From IMG/VR virus record IMGVR_UViG_3300031975_001631: a DNA stretch of 64,000 nucleotides; one strand, given 5' to 3'. The DNA is from a virus. Under the pieces are notes generated by a model. The model was not told where the DNA came from, searched no databases, and saw only the letters and a list, made by a program, of their open reading frames with translations. Below, in pieces: positions 38,444-47,098 of the stretch. The position numbers and the translations under genes were made by a program. Within the stretch, counting starts at the first letter, position 1; each line of letters starts with the position of its first letter.

Positions 38444-39382
38444 TTATTTTACTTGTCCAATGACCCATGATCTCATGCCAAATGGTGTATCAGCAATCAA
38501 GCTCTGAGTTAATGTTGCCACCTCTGGCGGCACTACCAGACAGAATCCAATACCACAGTTGAACACATTACGCATCTCCTCTTCGGCAATCTCTCCTGCC
38601 TCCTGAATCTTGTTAAAGAGTTCTGGTCTCTCCCAAGCATCATAGTCAACATCAACTGTAAGACCTGATGGAAGACACCTAGGAAGATTCTCAGGGATAC
38701 CTCCACCAGTGATGTGTGCCATGCCTAAGATAGGAACCTCATCCAACAGGTACTGGATCAGACGGGCATAGATGGTGGTCGGTATCAGAAGCTCTGGCAT
38801 CTCCTTATAGTAAATGTAATTTCTATTAAGCAAATAGTTAACAAGAGTATATCCATTACTATGAAGTCCACTACTCTCAATACCAATGACTACATCACCA
38901 GGTTGAATGTTAGTACCATCAACAATTTCATTCTTCTCTACAACACCAGTACAGAAACCAGCAAGGTCATAATCAGTTTGTCTGAAATGTTCTGCCGTTT
39001 CTCCACCTAGTAGTTCCATACCAGCCATCACACAACCAGTATTAATTCCATATACAATGTCACTCACATTACCGTCAAGGGATTTGGTAGAGATATAGTC
39101 TAGAAAATATAATGGTTTAGCACCACTACAGATTACATCATTAACACACATAGCAACCAAATCTATACCGATAGTAAGGTACATATCGGCAATCCTACAG
39201 ATATTCATCTTAGTTCCGACACCATCAGCACCAGATACTAATACAGGTTTCTCATATCCTGATGGGATTTCCATCATTCCATTGAACCCACCATCAATCT
39301 TAGGTGCCAGTGCTTTGATATATTCTACAAAGGATCTACCCTTGATAATGTCAACACCAGAAGTTTTGTAGTCCATTTTCAT
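38444..39382 (-). CDS. purM: AIR synthetase
   Basis: DYKTSGVD, DGVGTK, DLVAMCVND, GGETAE, HSNGY, HITGGG, FNCGIG. Confidence 0.97.
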   Translation of the reverse strand: MKMDYKTSGVDIIKGRSFVEYIKALAPKIDGGFNGMMEIPSGYEKPVLVSGADGVGTKMNICRIADMYLTIGIDLVAMCVNDVICSGAKPLYFLDYISTKSLDGNVSDIVYGINTGCVMAGMELLGGETAEHFRQTDYDLAGFCTGVVEKNEIVDGTNIQPGDVVIGIESSGLHSNGYTLVNYLLNRNYIYYKEMPELLIPTTIYARLIQYLLDEVPILGMAHITGGGIPENLPRCLPSGLTVDVDYDAWERPELFNKIQEAGEIAEEEMRNVFNCGIGFCLVVPPEVATLTQSLIADTPFGMRSWVIGQVK

Positions 39383-40077
39383 TGAATAGCAAGGGGTTGT
39401 AGTTGGTCAAGAATATAACGATAGGCAGGTACAATATCTCCTTCATCCTTCCTGAATAGATCTTTATCAAATCTTTCATCACTACCAATCTTCCAGAGCC
39501 TCATACTATCAGGACTGATCTCATCAGCCAGTATCAGTTCTCCATGAGCAGTATAACCATATTCAATCTTGAAGTCAACCAAATCAATACCCATGATGTA
39601 GAACATCTGACGAAGGAAATCATTGATACGGAGTGTCATCTCAATGAAAGGTTCTGGATCATATCCCATGAGACGCACACGATCCTTTGTGAGCAGAGGA
39701 TCATGCTTACTATCATCCTTCAGAAAGAACTCAACAATTGGATTTGGTAGTGGATAACCCTCCTTGAGAGTTGTCTCACGAACAATAGATCCAGCAGCAC
39801 GATTCCTACAAATAACTTCTAGAGGAACGATGTCTACATTCTTACAGATCATCTTGTTAGCACCAACCATATTAATATAATGAGTTGGGATAAGCTCTTT
39901 GGCAAGTTTTTCAAAAATGATAGATGAAATACTACAGCAAAGAGATCCCTTTCCTAAAGGATGATCTTCCTTCTCTCCATTTCCTGCAGTCACCTTATCA
40001 TGATACTCAATAATGACTTGCTCTGCATCATCACCTTGGTATACAGTTTTTACCTTTCCTTCTGTAATTACTTCCAT
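39379..40077 (-). CDS. purC: SAICAR synthetase
   Basis: EGKVK, PLEVICRNRAAGS, LVDFKIEYG, LADEISPDSMRLW, FDKD. Confidence 0.97.
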   Translation of the reverse strand: MEVITEGKVKTVYQGDDAEQVIIEYHDKVTAGNGEKEDHPLGKGSLCCSISSIIFEKLAKELIPTHYINMVGANKMICKNVDIVPLEVICRNRAAGSIVRETTLKEGYPLPNPIVEFFLKDDSKHDPLLTKDRVRLMGYDPEPFIEMTLRINDFLRQMFYIMGIDLVDFKIEYGYTAHGELILADEISPDSMRLWKIGSDERFDKDLFRKDEGDIVPAYRYILDQLQPLAIQ

Positions 40078-40102
40078 AAAAAAGAGGGTGTTTAACCCTC
40101 TT
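40076..40102 (-). terminator. Terminator hairpin just before purC
   Basis: AAGAGGGT-TAAAC-ACCCTCTT then TTT. Confidence 0.7.
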
Positions 40103-40131
40103 AGTATACCATCATTCAGTTTGCTTGTAAA
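40103..40131 (-). promoter_or_regulatory. Sigma70-like promoter for purC-purM
   Basis: TTTACA-N17-TATACT. Confidence 0.65.
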
Positions 40132-40327
40132 TGTTTTCTAGTTTCTCTCTACTGAGATCAACATACATCAACTCTTCACCTGCCTGTGGTGCCTCAGGAT
40201 GCTTTGGTTTGGGAGGATTCCTCATCTCTATATTAATAGATTGAATGTTGCACCACATCATAGCGAAGGCACCACCAGCAATGAGAGCGAAGCATATAAA
40301 GTATAGCGTGAACTCGAAACTATTCAT
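40112..40327 (-). CDS. Small membrane protein (DUF2973-like)
   Basis: TM segment, then HPEAP..GEELMYV. Confidence 0.65.
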   Translation of the reverse strand: MNSFEFTLYFICFALIAGGAFAMMWCNIQSINIEMRNPPKPKHPEAPQAGEELMYVDLSREKLENIYKQTE

Positions 40328-40375
40328 GATGCCTTATTTAAGTTTAGGATTGAAATTTTAATAAGAAAATACTTA

Positions 40376-41431
40376 TTAAAGGGCATTACCACGAGGTAAT
40401 ACTTCCTCGGGGAATACGAATGACTCATGTGGTTGATCAACTGGTGCCAACCATGCTCTCAAGCCTTCATTCAATAGGATGTTCTTGGTGTAGAAGGTCT
40501 CAAACTCTGGGTCTTCTGCTGCACGAATCTCCTGACTCACAAAATCATAAGCACGAAGATTAAGAGCAAGCCCAATGATGCCAATAGAAGATGTCCAAAG
40601 ACCCATGACAGGAACAAACAGCATAAAGAAGTGCAACCAACGCTTATTACTAAAAGCAATCCCGAAGATTTGCGACCAGAAACGGTTCGCTGTAACCATC
40701 GAGTAAGTCTCCTCTTCTTGAGTGGAATCAAATGCCTTGAATGTGTTTGCTTGTTCTCCATCTTCATACAATGTATTTTCTACAGTGACACCATGGATAG
40801 CACTGAGCAGTGCTCCTCCCAGGATACCTGCCACTCCCATCATATGGAAGGGATTGAGCGTCCAATTATGAAAGCCCTGGAGGAAGAGAAGGAAGCGGAA
40901 AATCGCCGCGACACCGAAACTCGGCGCAAAGAACCAAGATGACTGTCCCAAAGGATAGATGAGGAATACAGACACGAATACAGCAATAGGACCAGAAAAA
41001 GCAATCGCATTGTAGGGACGAATTCCAATTAACCTAGCCAACTCGAATTGACGAAGCATGAAACCAATGAGGGCAAAGGCTCCATGGAGTGCCACAAAAT
41101 TCCAGAGTCCCCCAAGTTGGCACCACCGCTGGAAATTCCCCTGAGACTCAGGACCCCAAAGTAGAAGAAGAGAATGACCCATAGCATCAGCAGGCGTCGA
41201 GACAGCTGCCGTGAGAAAGTTAGCACCCTCAAGATAGGAACTAGCAAGACCGTGGGTGTACCAGCTCGTAACAAAAGCTGTCCCAGTAAGCCAACCGCCA
41301 ATGGCCAGATAAGCAGTGGGAAGAAGTAGTAGTCCAGACCAGCCCACAAATACAAAGCGGTCGCGTTTAAGCCAGTCATCCAGGACATCAAACCACCCCC
41401 TTGTCGGTGCTGTTAGTGTACTTGTCGTCAT
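40376..41431 (-). CDS. psbD: Photosystem II D2
   Basis: [21 protein letters not shown] ... [10 protein letters not shown]. Confidence 0.99.
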   Translation of the reverse strand: MTTSTLTAPTRGWFDVLDDWLKRDRFVFVGWSGLLLLPTAYLAIGGWLTGTAFVTSWYTHGLASSYLEGANFLTAAVSTPADAMGHSLLLLWGPESQGNFQRWCQLGGLWNFVALHGAFALIGFMLRQFELARLIGIRPYNAIAFSGPIAVFVSVFLIYPLGQSSWFFAPSFGVAAIFRFLLFLQGFHNWTLNPFHMMGVAGILGGALLSAIHGVTVENTLYEDGEQANTFKAFDSTQEEETYSMVTANRFWSQIFGIAFSNKRWLHFFMLFVPVMGLWTSSIGIIGLALNLRAYDFVSQEIRAAEDPEFETFYTKNILLNEGLRAWLAPVDQPHESFVFPEEVLPRGNAL

Positions 41432-41528
41432 TTTTACTTACCGTTTTAATACCTTTTAAGTGAAATAATTGTGGCCAAGTATCACGAATGATCTCGGCAA
41501 GTTTGATAGGTGTATCAGAACTAATCAT
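41388..41528 (-). CDS. Small hypothetical between psbA and psbD (46 aa)
   Basis: Manual translation [46 protein letters not shown]; overlaps the psbD start. Confidence 0.45.
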   Translation of the reverse strand: MISSDTPIKLAEIIRDTWPQLFHLKGIKTVSKNDDKYTNSTDKGVV

Positions 41529-41574
41529 AATAGTAACACACAAAGTATGGGGACTACAAGAGTTAGAATACCTA

Positions 41575-41606
41575 TAAAAAACCCCCCCACATATGTGAGG
41601 GGGTGT
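41575..41606 (-). terminator. Terminator after psbA
   Basis: CCCCCTCACAT/ATGTGGGGGGG hairpin then T6. Confidence 0.85.
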
Positions 41607-41624
41607 AGACTACCGTCAGGCATA

Positions 41625-42701
41625 TTAGCCTACGGCAGGTGCGGTAAGTGCCACAGGTGTGGACTCAGCAGCAGCAAGATCCAAGGGGAAGTTGTGGGCG
41701 TTACGCTCATGCATAACTTCCATTCCAAGACCAGCACGGTTCAGTACATCTGCCCAGGTGTTCAACACACGACCCTGACCATCAAGGATGGACTGGTTGA
41801 AGTTGAAACCGTTCAGGTTGAATGCCATCGTGGAGACGCCAAGGGCGGTGAACCAGATGCCAACAACAGGCCATGCAGCAAGGAAGAAGTGCAAGGAACG
41901 GGAGTTGTTGAATGAAGCGTATTGGAAGATCAAACGACCGAAGTAGCCATGTGCTGCGACGATGTTATAGGTCTCTTCTTCTTGACCGAACTTGTAACCG
42001 TAGTTCTGTGACTCTGTTTCAGTTGTTTCACGAACAAGTGAGGAAGTAACGAGACTTCCGTGCATAGCAGAGAACAAAGATCCACCGAATACCCCAGCAA
42101 CACCGAGCATGTGGAACGGGTGCATAAGGATATTGTGTTCTGCTTGGAATACAAGCATGTAGTTAAAAGTACCAGAGATACCAAGAGGCATAGCATCGGA
42201 GAAAGAACCTTGACCGAAAGGATAGACGAGGAATACTGCACTCGCAGCAGCGACTGGTGCCGAGTAGGCAACACAGATCCATGGACGCATACCTAAACGG
42301 TAAGAAAGTTCCCACTCACGACCCATGTATGCATAGATACCGATGAGGAAGTGGAATACTACCAATTGGAAAGGACCGCCATTGTAAAGCCATTCATCCA
42401 AAGATGCAGCTTCCCAGATGGGGTAGAAGTGAAGACCGATTGCGTTTGAAGAAGGAACAACTGCACCAGAGATGATGTTGTTACCGTACATGAGTGAACC
42501 AGCTACAGGTTCACGGATACCGTCAATATCGACGGGAGGTGCTGCGATGAATGCAACAATGAAGCAGACAGTTGCTGCAAGCAGTGTTGGGATCATCAGT
42601 ACACCGAACCAACCAACATACAAACGATTATTGGTTGAGGTTACCCACTCACAGAAATTCTGCCATGGGGTTGATTGTTGTCTTGAAAGAGTTGTAGCCA
42701 T
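41625..42701 (-). CDS. psbA: Photosystem II D1 (Glu130 type), no intron
   Basis: [31 protein letters not shown]. Confidence 0.99.
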   Translation of the reverse strand: MATTLSRQQSTPWQNFCEWVTSTNNRLYVGWFGVLMIPTLLAATVCFIVAFIAAPPVDIDGIREPVAGSLMYGNNIISGAVVPSSNAIGLHFYPIWEAASLDEWLYNGGPFQLVVFHFLIGIYAYMGREWELSYRLGMRPWICVAYSAPVAAASAVFLVYPFGQGSFSDAMPLGISGTFNYMLVFQAEHNILMHPFHMLGVAGVFGGSLFSAMHGSLVTSSLVRETTETESQNYGYKFGQEEETYNIVAAHGYFGRLIFQYASFNNSRSLHFFLAAWPVVGIWFTALGVSTMAFNLNGFNFNQSILDGQGRVLNTWADVLNRAGLGMEVMHERNAHNFPLDLAAAESTPVALTAPAVG

Positions 42702-42714
42702 TGTTTTGAACAAA

Positions 42715-42825
42715 AAAGTAAGACCATCAGGGAATGGTGGAGTTACTATTTTCCTACCACCCTCAGGTAGGAATATTAAAGACGCTTTTATACACCCTAG
42801 AGGTCTTGGTTTGCGGGGTGTTGTT
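42715..42825 (-). ncRNA. PhotoRC-II-like structured psbA leader
   Basis: AAGACC/GGUCUU closing helix, UUCCUACC/GGUAGGAA and ACCAU/AUGGU hairpins with complementary loops (AGGG/CCCU). Confidence 0.7.
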
Positions 42826-42852
42826 GACCGTTACATTTCGTAACTGTGTCTT

Positions 42853-42886
42853 TATTTATATTAGCACTTCCTCACATATCTGTCAA
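42853..42886 (-). promoter_or_regulatory. Composite psbA promoter (sigma70-like plus late)
   Basis: TTGACA-N17-TAATAT overlapping TATAAATA. Confidence 0.75.
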
Positions 42887-43984
42887 GAGGTGCGTGTTGT
42901 CAATCCAGCTTTTAAAGCTGGTCCCATACCAATGCCCGTAAGAATCGTCATGGTTATAGACAAGTTCATGTCTACTATTGGATTTGGCAGAACGAATGAA
43001 GTCAAAGAAGTACTCATCATAAGAATGATTCTTTGCCATCTGCTCTGCTTCTGACCAGAACATTGTAGCATACTTTGACCCGTTTGCGTAGTGCCAGAGA
43101 ATGAAGTTCTGTATCTCTTCCACATGTGTCACAAGGTCCTGTAGAACTGATCTCTTAGACTCGTTACCCAAAATCCAATCAAGAGCTAAACTAGTCCAAC
43201 GATAATAGGTTTCAACTGAACTTGCTTCTAAAGGCTCAATGAACATTAACCTATTACCATTCAGAATAACCTTATCATTCTGAATAGGTCTCCTAGCTAA
43301 GTAATTTTTAAATTGAAGATGTTCTGTGCCTTGAATACCGTATAGATTTGCTAGGTTTTCTTCTGCCTCAGTCTTTGATGTATAATTTTGATTGTATAGG
43401 TATCCATAATTAGTCTGATCTTTATCAGGTATAGAGAACATCCAACCATCTGGTGTAGCAATACACCTTGTCCAATGCTGATGAACATCTACATCATTAC
43501 TCTTCCCAAGAAGAACACTGTTCAATGGATTTTTCAGGATGTTGTAATAAGAAAAATCTTTTGGGGTTCCCCTACAGTCAAAGACATAATCACAGTCAAG
43601 ATCATTACAGTCCTCAACATTCTGCTCAATGAACTTACATACTTTTTTATCTTTCATATACTCTCTCAATTTACTAGGAGAGTAATGAATAGCTGTGTAG
43701 TTCATAGGGAAAGGATGGAAGAATTTATCCTTCTTCTTCCCCCAGTCTTCATATAGGATTCCAGTTTTAAATGTTGCATCAATTGGATTATTATACCAAT
43801 CAATACCAAACACATCTGAAAGAAGAACCACAAAATTTATTAGTGACCCTTGCCCCACCTTTTCGATAGGAACTTCTGGATCATAGTAAAGCTCAATCTC
43901 CACATCTTGACCGTATGTTTCTGCAAATACGACCATGGCAACAGTCAGTCCAGCGTTACCACCACCAACAACACCAATTTTCAT
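42872..43984 (-). CDS. Flavin-dependent (tryptophan) halogenase-like protein
   Basis: GGGNAG, ATFK, GWMFSIP, FIEPLEAS. Confidence 0.8.
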   Translation of the reverse strand: MKIGVVGGGNAGLTVAMVVFAETYGQDVEIELYYDPEVPIEKVGQGSLINFVVLLSDVFGIDWYNNPIDATFKTGILYEDWGKKKDKFFHPFPMNYTAIHYSPSKLREYMKDKKVCKFIEQNVEDCNDLDCDYVFDCRGTPKDFSYYNILKNPLNSVLLGKSNDVDVHQHWTRCIATPDGWMFSIPDKDQTNYGYLYNQNYTSKTEAEENLANLYGIQGTEHLQFKNYLARRPIQNDKVILNGNRLMFIEPLEASSVETYYRWTSLALDWILGNESKRSVLQDLVTHVEEIQNFILWHYANGSKYATMFWSEAEQMAKNHSYDEYFFDFIRSAKSNSRHELVYNHDDSYGHWYGTSFKSWIDNTHLLTDM

Positions 43985-44145
43985 TGAATATATTCTTGAA
44001 GGAGATTAAGTATTTTATTTAACGAATCGTGAGCACCATCGTGCCAATCACTATTCTTATCGTCTTTTTGACCATCGTAGAGTTCAGTTTTTATTTTATA
44101 AACTCTAGCCAAAATATCATTTTTAGTCACGAATCCATGAGGCAT
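43981..44145 (-). CDS. Small hypothetical (54 aa)
   Basis: Manual translation MPHGFVTKNDILARVYKIKTELYDGQKDDKNSDWHDGAHDSLNKILNLLQEYIQ. Confidence 0.65.
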   Translation of the reverse strand: MPHGFVTKNDILARVYKIKTELYDGQKDDKNSDWHDGAHDSLNKILNLLQEYIQ

Positions 44146-44148
44146 AAT

Positions 44149-44421
44149 TTACATTCCAGGAATGGGAAGTCCAGTACTTTTAGGAAAAGTTGATTGGGCA
44201 GGAGGAACAACACCTCCAGTAACACTAGGAAGTTCGGGCATAGCAGCATCCATCATGCCAGGTAATGCTCCAGTAATTGCTTCTGTTGCAGCTGCTGTAA
44301 CTTGGGATTTAATATTCTCAACAATAGAATCTTTGTTGAGATAAACATAAGCACCACCGCCGATGATGCTTGCAGTTCCAATAAAGGATAGAACTGAAAG
44401 TACATTAATTAGTTTTTGCAT
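44149..44421 (-). CDS. Conserved cyanophage membrane protein
   Basis: N-terminal TM segment, Pro-rich tail. Confidence 0.65.
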   Translation of the reverse strand: MQKLINVLSVLSFIGTASIIGGGAYVYLNKDSIVENIKSQVTAAATEAITGALPGMMDAAMPELPSVTGGVVPPAQSTFPKSTGLPIPGM

Positions 44422-44435
44422 GGTTACCCATCTGC

Positions 44436-44464
44436 AAAAAAGGACACCTTATATAGGTGTCCTT
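44436..44464 (-). terminator. Terminator
   Basis: AAGGACACCT-ATATA-AGGTGTCCTT then TTTT. Confidence 0.8.
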
Positions 44465-44469
44465 AGTTA

Positions 44470-45003
44470 CTATGACAACAACTTTTTTAGTTGTTCATAC
44501 ATGTATTCTGGACTGGAAATATCATACTCATCTAATGCTAGATTATTTTCCATACCATTTTCTGGTAGCATGAGTTTAATTTCACCATCATCAACATAAG
44601 CAGAGTACCTCCAAGAACGAAGACCAAATCCCATGTGTTCCATTTTGACACACATACCCATTGCTTTTGCAAAGGAAGCGTTACCGTCAGGAATCATCTC
44701 TACATTTTTAATCTTCAAGGACTTTGCCCAGGCTTCCATAACATAGTCATCGTTGACACTAGTACAATAGATTGCATCAATGCCAAATTCTTTTTTGAAT
44801 TTATCAAAAAGAATATCATATGTTGGAAGCATCTCATTTGTACATGTGGGAGTAAAGGCTCCTGGCAGTCCAAATAAAATAGCTTTCTTATCGCAGAAGT
44901 ATCCGTAGGAAGTACTTATAGTTTTTCCTTCTAGACTTTCGTCAATAGGATCGGGTACTGGAGATCCGTGAAGAATAAATTCTTGATAGGGAATGCGATT
45001 CAT
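44470..45003 (-). CDS. Peroxiredoxin (Prx5 family)
   Basis: GLPGAFTPTC, SVND.YVM.AW, PDGN..F, RSWRYS. Confidence 0.92.
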   Translation of the reverse strand: MNRIPYQEFILHGSPVPDPIDESLEGKTISTSYGYFCDKKAILFGLPGAFTPTCTNEMLPTYDILFDKFKKEFGIDAIYCTSVNDDYVMEAWAKSLKIKNVEMIPDGNASFAKAMGMCVKMEHMGFGLRSWRYSAYVDDGEIKLMLPENGMENNLALDEYDISSPEYMYEQLKKLLS

Positions 45004-45006
45004 ATC

Positions 45007-45123
45007 TCAAATAGGTTGCATTAGTCCTCCCTGAGGACCATTATCATCATCGTCAGCATCTGTTTCGCTTAATACTGCTCCCATAATAAAAGCTGCAAGC
45101 AAAGTAGTTGCTAACAATAACAT
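45007..45123 (-). CDS. Small TM peptide (38 aa)
   Basis: Manual translation MLLLATTLLAAFIMGAVLSETDADDDDNGPQGGLMQPI. Confidence 0.55.
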   Translation of the reverse strand: MLLLATTLLAAFIMGAVLSETDADDDDNGPQGGLMQPI

Positions 45124-45242
45124 TATAGTACTCCAGGAATGATTTGTCCAGTGGTCAGGTAAGTGCCTACAGCAATGACAAAACCAAGCATTGCCAAACG
45201 AGCGTTGAGGATCTCTGCCTCAGGGGTGAATCCGAATTTCAT
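45123..45242 (-). CDS. hli: High-light inducible protein (39 aa)
   Basis: Manual translation MKFGFTPEAEILNARLAMLGFVIAVGTYLTTGQIIPGVL. Confidence 0.92.
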   Translation of the reverse strand: MKFGFTPEAEILNARLAMLGFVIAVGTYLTTGQIIPGVL

Positions 45243-45286
45243 GATTGTTTTCCTAGTGTAAGATAAAATTTAGTTTGATTTACTGG

Positions 45287-45496
45287 TTAAAGCACACCAA
45301 AAAAGAAGTTGCCGGTGATAGCATATGAAATGAATCCTGCGACAATACCCATCATAGCATAACGACCGTTAAGCTTTTCAGATCTCTCGGCATATGTCTC
45401 AAGACCATGACGCTCTGCGTCAGTCTTTGAGATATACATCTGGGGTTCTTTAGCGAACAGATTCTGTTGTCCGCGATCATTGGTTGTTACAGTCAT
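45287..45496 (-). CDS. hli: High-light inducible protein
   Basis: AERSEKLNGRYAMMG. Confidence 0.92.
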   Translation of the reverse strand: MTVTTNDRGQQNLFAKEPQMYISKTDAERHGLETYAERSEKLNGRYAMMGIVAGFISYAITGNFFFGVL

Positions 45497-45506
45497 GATA
45501 CATTCC

Positions 45507-45552
45507 GTTATAAATCTTTACATATTATATAGTAGATCTAAAGACTTGTCAA
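45507..45552 (-). promoter_or_regulatory. hli promoter with HLR1-like direct repeat
   Basis: TTGACA-N17-TATAAT; plus-strand GTTATAAA-TC-TTTACATA at 45507-45524. Confidence 0.7.
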
Positions 45553-45758
45553 TAGTCTGAGTCAGTACCATATCTGATACAGGTCTTTTTGTTTTCTGCT
45601 GATGATCTACACCACTGTCTCACATAACCATCTGCATCCTTATCCATTGTGAAGTGAGCATGGTTATGTAGTGCCCCTATCAATACTAGCATTCCAATAG
45701 TAATAATATTAAGATGAACTATTGGACTACTAACTATTTTTAGAAAATAATCTTTCAT
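45549..45758 (-). CDS. Hypothetical membrane protein
   Basis: ORF track; TM segment plus Cys pair. Confidence 0.55.
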   Translation of the reverse strand: MKDYFLKIVSSPIVHLNIITIGMLVLIGALHNHAHFTMDKDADGYVRQWCRSSAENKKTCIRYGTDSDY

Positions 45759-45786
45759 AAAAAAAGGGGATGCCGTCGCACCCCCA
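45759..45786 (-). terminator. Terminator
   Basis: GGGGGTGC-GACG-GCATCCCC then T6. Confidence 0.85.
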
Positions 45787-45823
45787 GTATAACATCTAGA
45801 TGTTTATGTGTCTATATGAAGGA

Positions 45824-46195
45824 TCAGAAGCTGTACTTAACGCCCAACTTAGCACCGTAACCACGGTCGAGATCTTCGTCACCAGAACCAACGAAGGAGA
45901 CTTCACCATATGCACCCAGTGCATCGGTCAGTGCAAGACCCAGACCCGCCTTACCAGAAGGAACGCTTTCAGCGTCACCACCATCAGGAGTCAGCACAGT
46001 GGCACCACCCTGGACATAGTACGAAGCAGACTCACCGAGTTCGCCTTCAAATCCTACATGCAGGTCTGTTCCAGCACCATTATACTCGGAGCCAGTCCAA
46101 CCAGCATTGGTTTCGACATTAACATATGGACCTGCAAGGGCAGCGCCAGCAGAAGCGAAAAGAGCAGCGGAAGCTGCGAATACAGATTTAAACAT
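45824..46195 (-). CDS. Outer-membrane beta-barrel-like protein
   Basis: Signal peptide, alternating beta strands, C-terminal KYSF. Confidence 0.7.
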   Translation of the reverse strand: MFKSVFAASAALFASAGAALAGPYVNVETNAGWTGSEYNGAGTDLHVGFEGELGESASYYVQGGATVLTPDGGDAESVPSGKAGLGLALTDALGAYGEVSFVGSGDEDLDRGYGAKLGVKYSF

Positions 46196-46273
46196 TTGAA
46201 AATTCCTTTAAGTATATCTCGTGGAGTGTCCCACGGATGATAGAGAGATCGACATTCTCTCGTTTTAGATACG

Positions 46274-46305
46274 AACTGTCACATGTGACAGTTGTAATAT
46301 TTATA
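46274..46305 (-). promoter_or_regulatory. Late promoter plus 20-bp palindrome
   Basis: TATAAATA (46305-46298) followed by AACTGTCACATGTGACAGTT. Confidence 0.65.
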
Positions 46306-46309
46306 CATG

Positions 46310-47098
46310 TTACTTCCCTTCAAAACCAGGAGGAAGTCTGCCAAGGTAAGGATTGAGATCAAAGAATTGATTCCAATCCTCAACCATATTAGCATCATTC
46401 CTCCAAAAGTTCCAGAGGGCATCATGACATTGACGATGATATACATCAACATGAATGTTATGAATATCTGACCCAAGAGCAATCTTATACATGAGTATAG
46501 GCATTGCGTAGGTCATCCCGCTATTGTAGATGAGATCATCTGCAACTGCACGGGGTTTAATTCTACCATCTAACTTGTACTTACCTTTACGAGTGTAAAG
46601 AGAAAGTAGCTTTTCAGCATACCTACGATTGATAACATAGGCAGCCGTTGAGAAGTCGTTAATGAACCTGTAGTGCATTTGCATCACAGGGACGGCAGGA
46701 TTGATAATTGCGATTTGGAGACAGTCCCATGCAGCAGGTGCATTACGGAAGAAGTCTTTCCAAGAGAATGGCCAATGCTTGACCACCTCAAGATCGCAGT
46801 CATCTTCCATCATTATAGCATACTCTTCGTCGGAATTGTCCAACCAATATTGAATAGCTTTAAGATGGGATGTAACACATCCGATTTCACCAGAGGACAT
46901 GTTGTCAGGGTACTTACCTGCAATGATGTCGCTAAGATCATCATTGCGTCCATCGTAAGCAGAGATTCTGGTGTTCTCCACTTCCCAATATGCAAACTGG
47001 TTCTCCATCCATTGGCGGCGATCTTCTTTGCCGTCAAGGTTCAACCAATATACATGGGGGAGATCTTTGAGTTTTTGTGCAGACTTATTTTTGTCCAT
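46310..47098 (-). CDS. GT25 glycosyltransferase
   Basis: YWLNLD...DRR, GEIGCVTSH, MEDD. Confidence 0.85.
   Translation of the reverse strand: MDKNKSAQKLKDLPHVYWLNLDGKEDRRQWMENQFAYWEVENTRISAYDGRNDDLSDIIAGKYPDNMSSGEIGCVTSHLKAIQYWLDNSDEEYAIMMEDDCDLEVVKHWPFSWKDFFRNAPAAWDCLQIAIINPAVPVMQMHYRFINDFSTAAYVINRRYAEKLLSLYTRKGKYKLDGRIKPRAVADDLIYNSGMTYAMPILMYKIALGSDIHNIHVDVYHRQCHDALWNFWRNDANMVEDWNQFFDLNPYLGRLPPGFEGK

Noticed and set aside
41625-42701. Group I intron in psbA
   Set aside because: The ORF is continuous and normal D1 length
41469-42843. Plus-strand ORFs antisense to psbA
   Set aside because: Shadow frames of a conserved gene, no RBS or motifs; an antisense RNA cannot be judged from sequence
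42830-42844. NtcA site upstream of psbA
   Set aside because: GTTAC-N5-GTAAC does not fit GTA-N8-TAC
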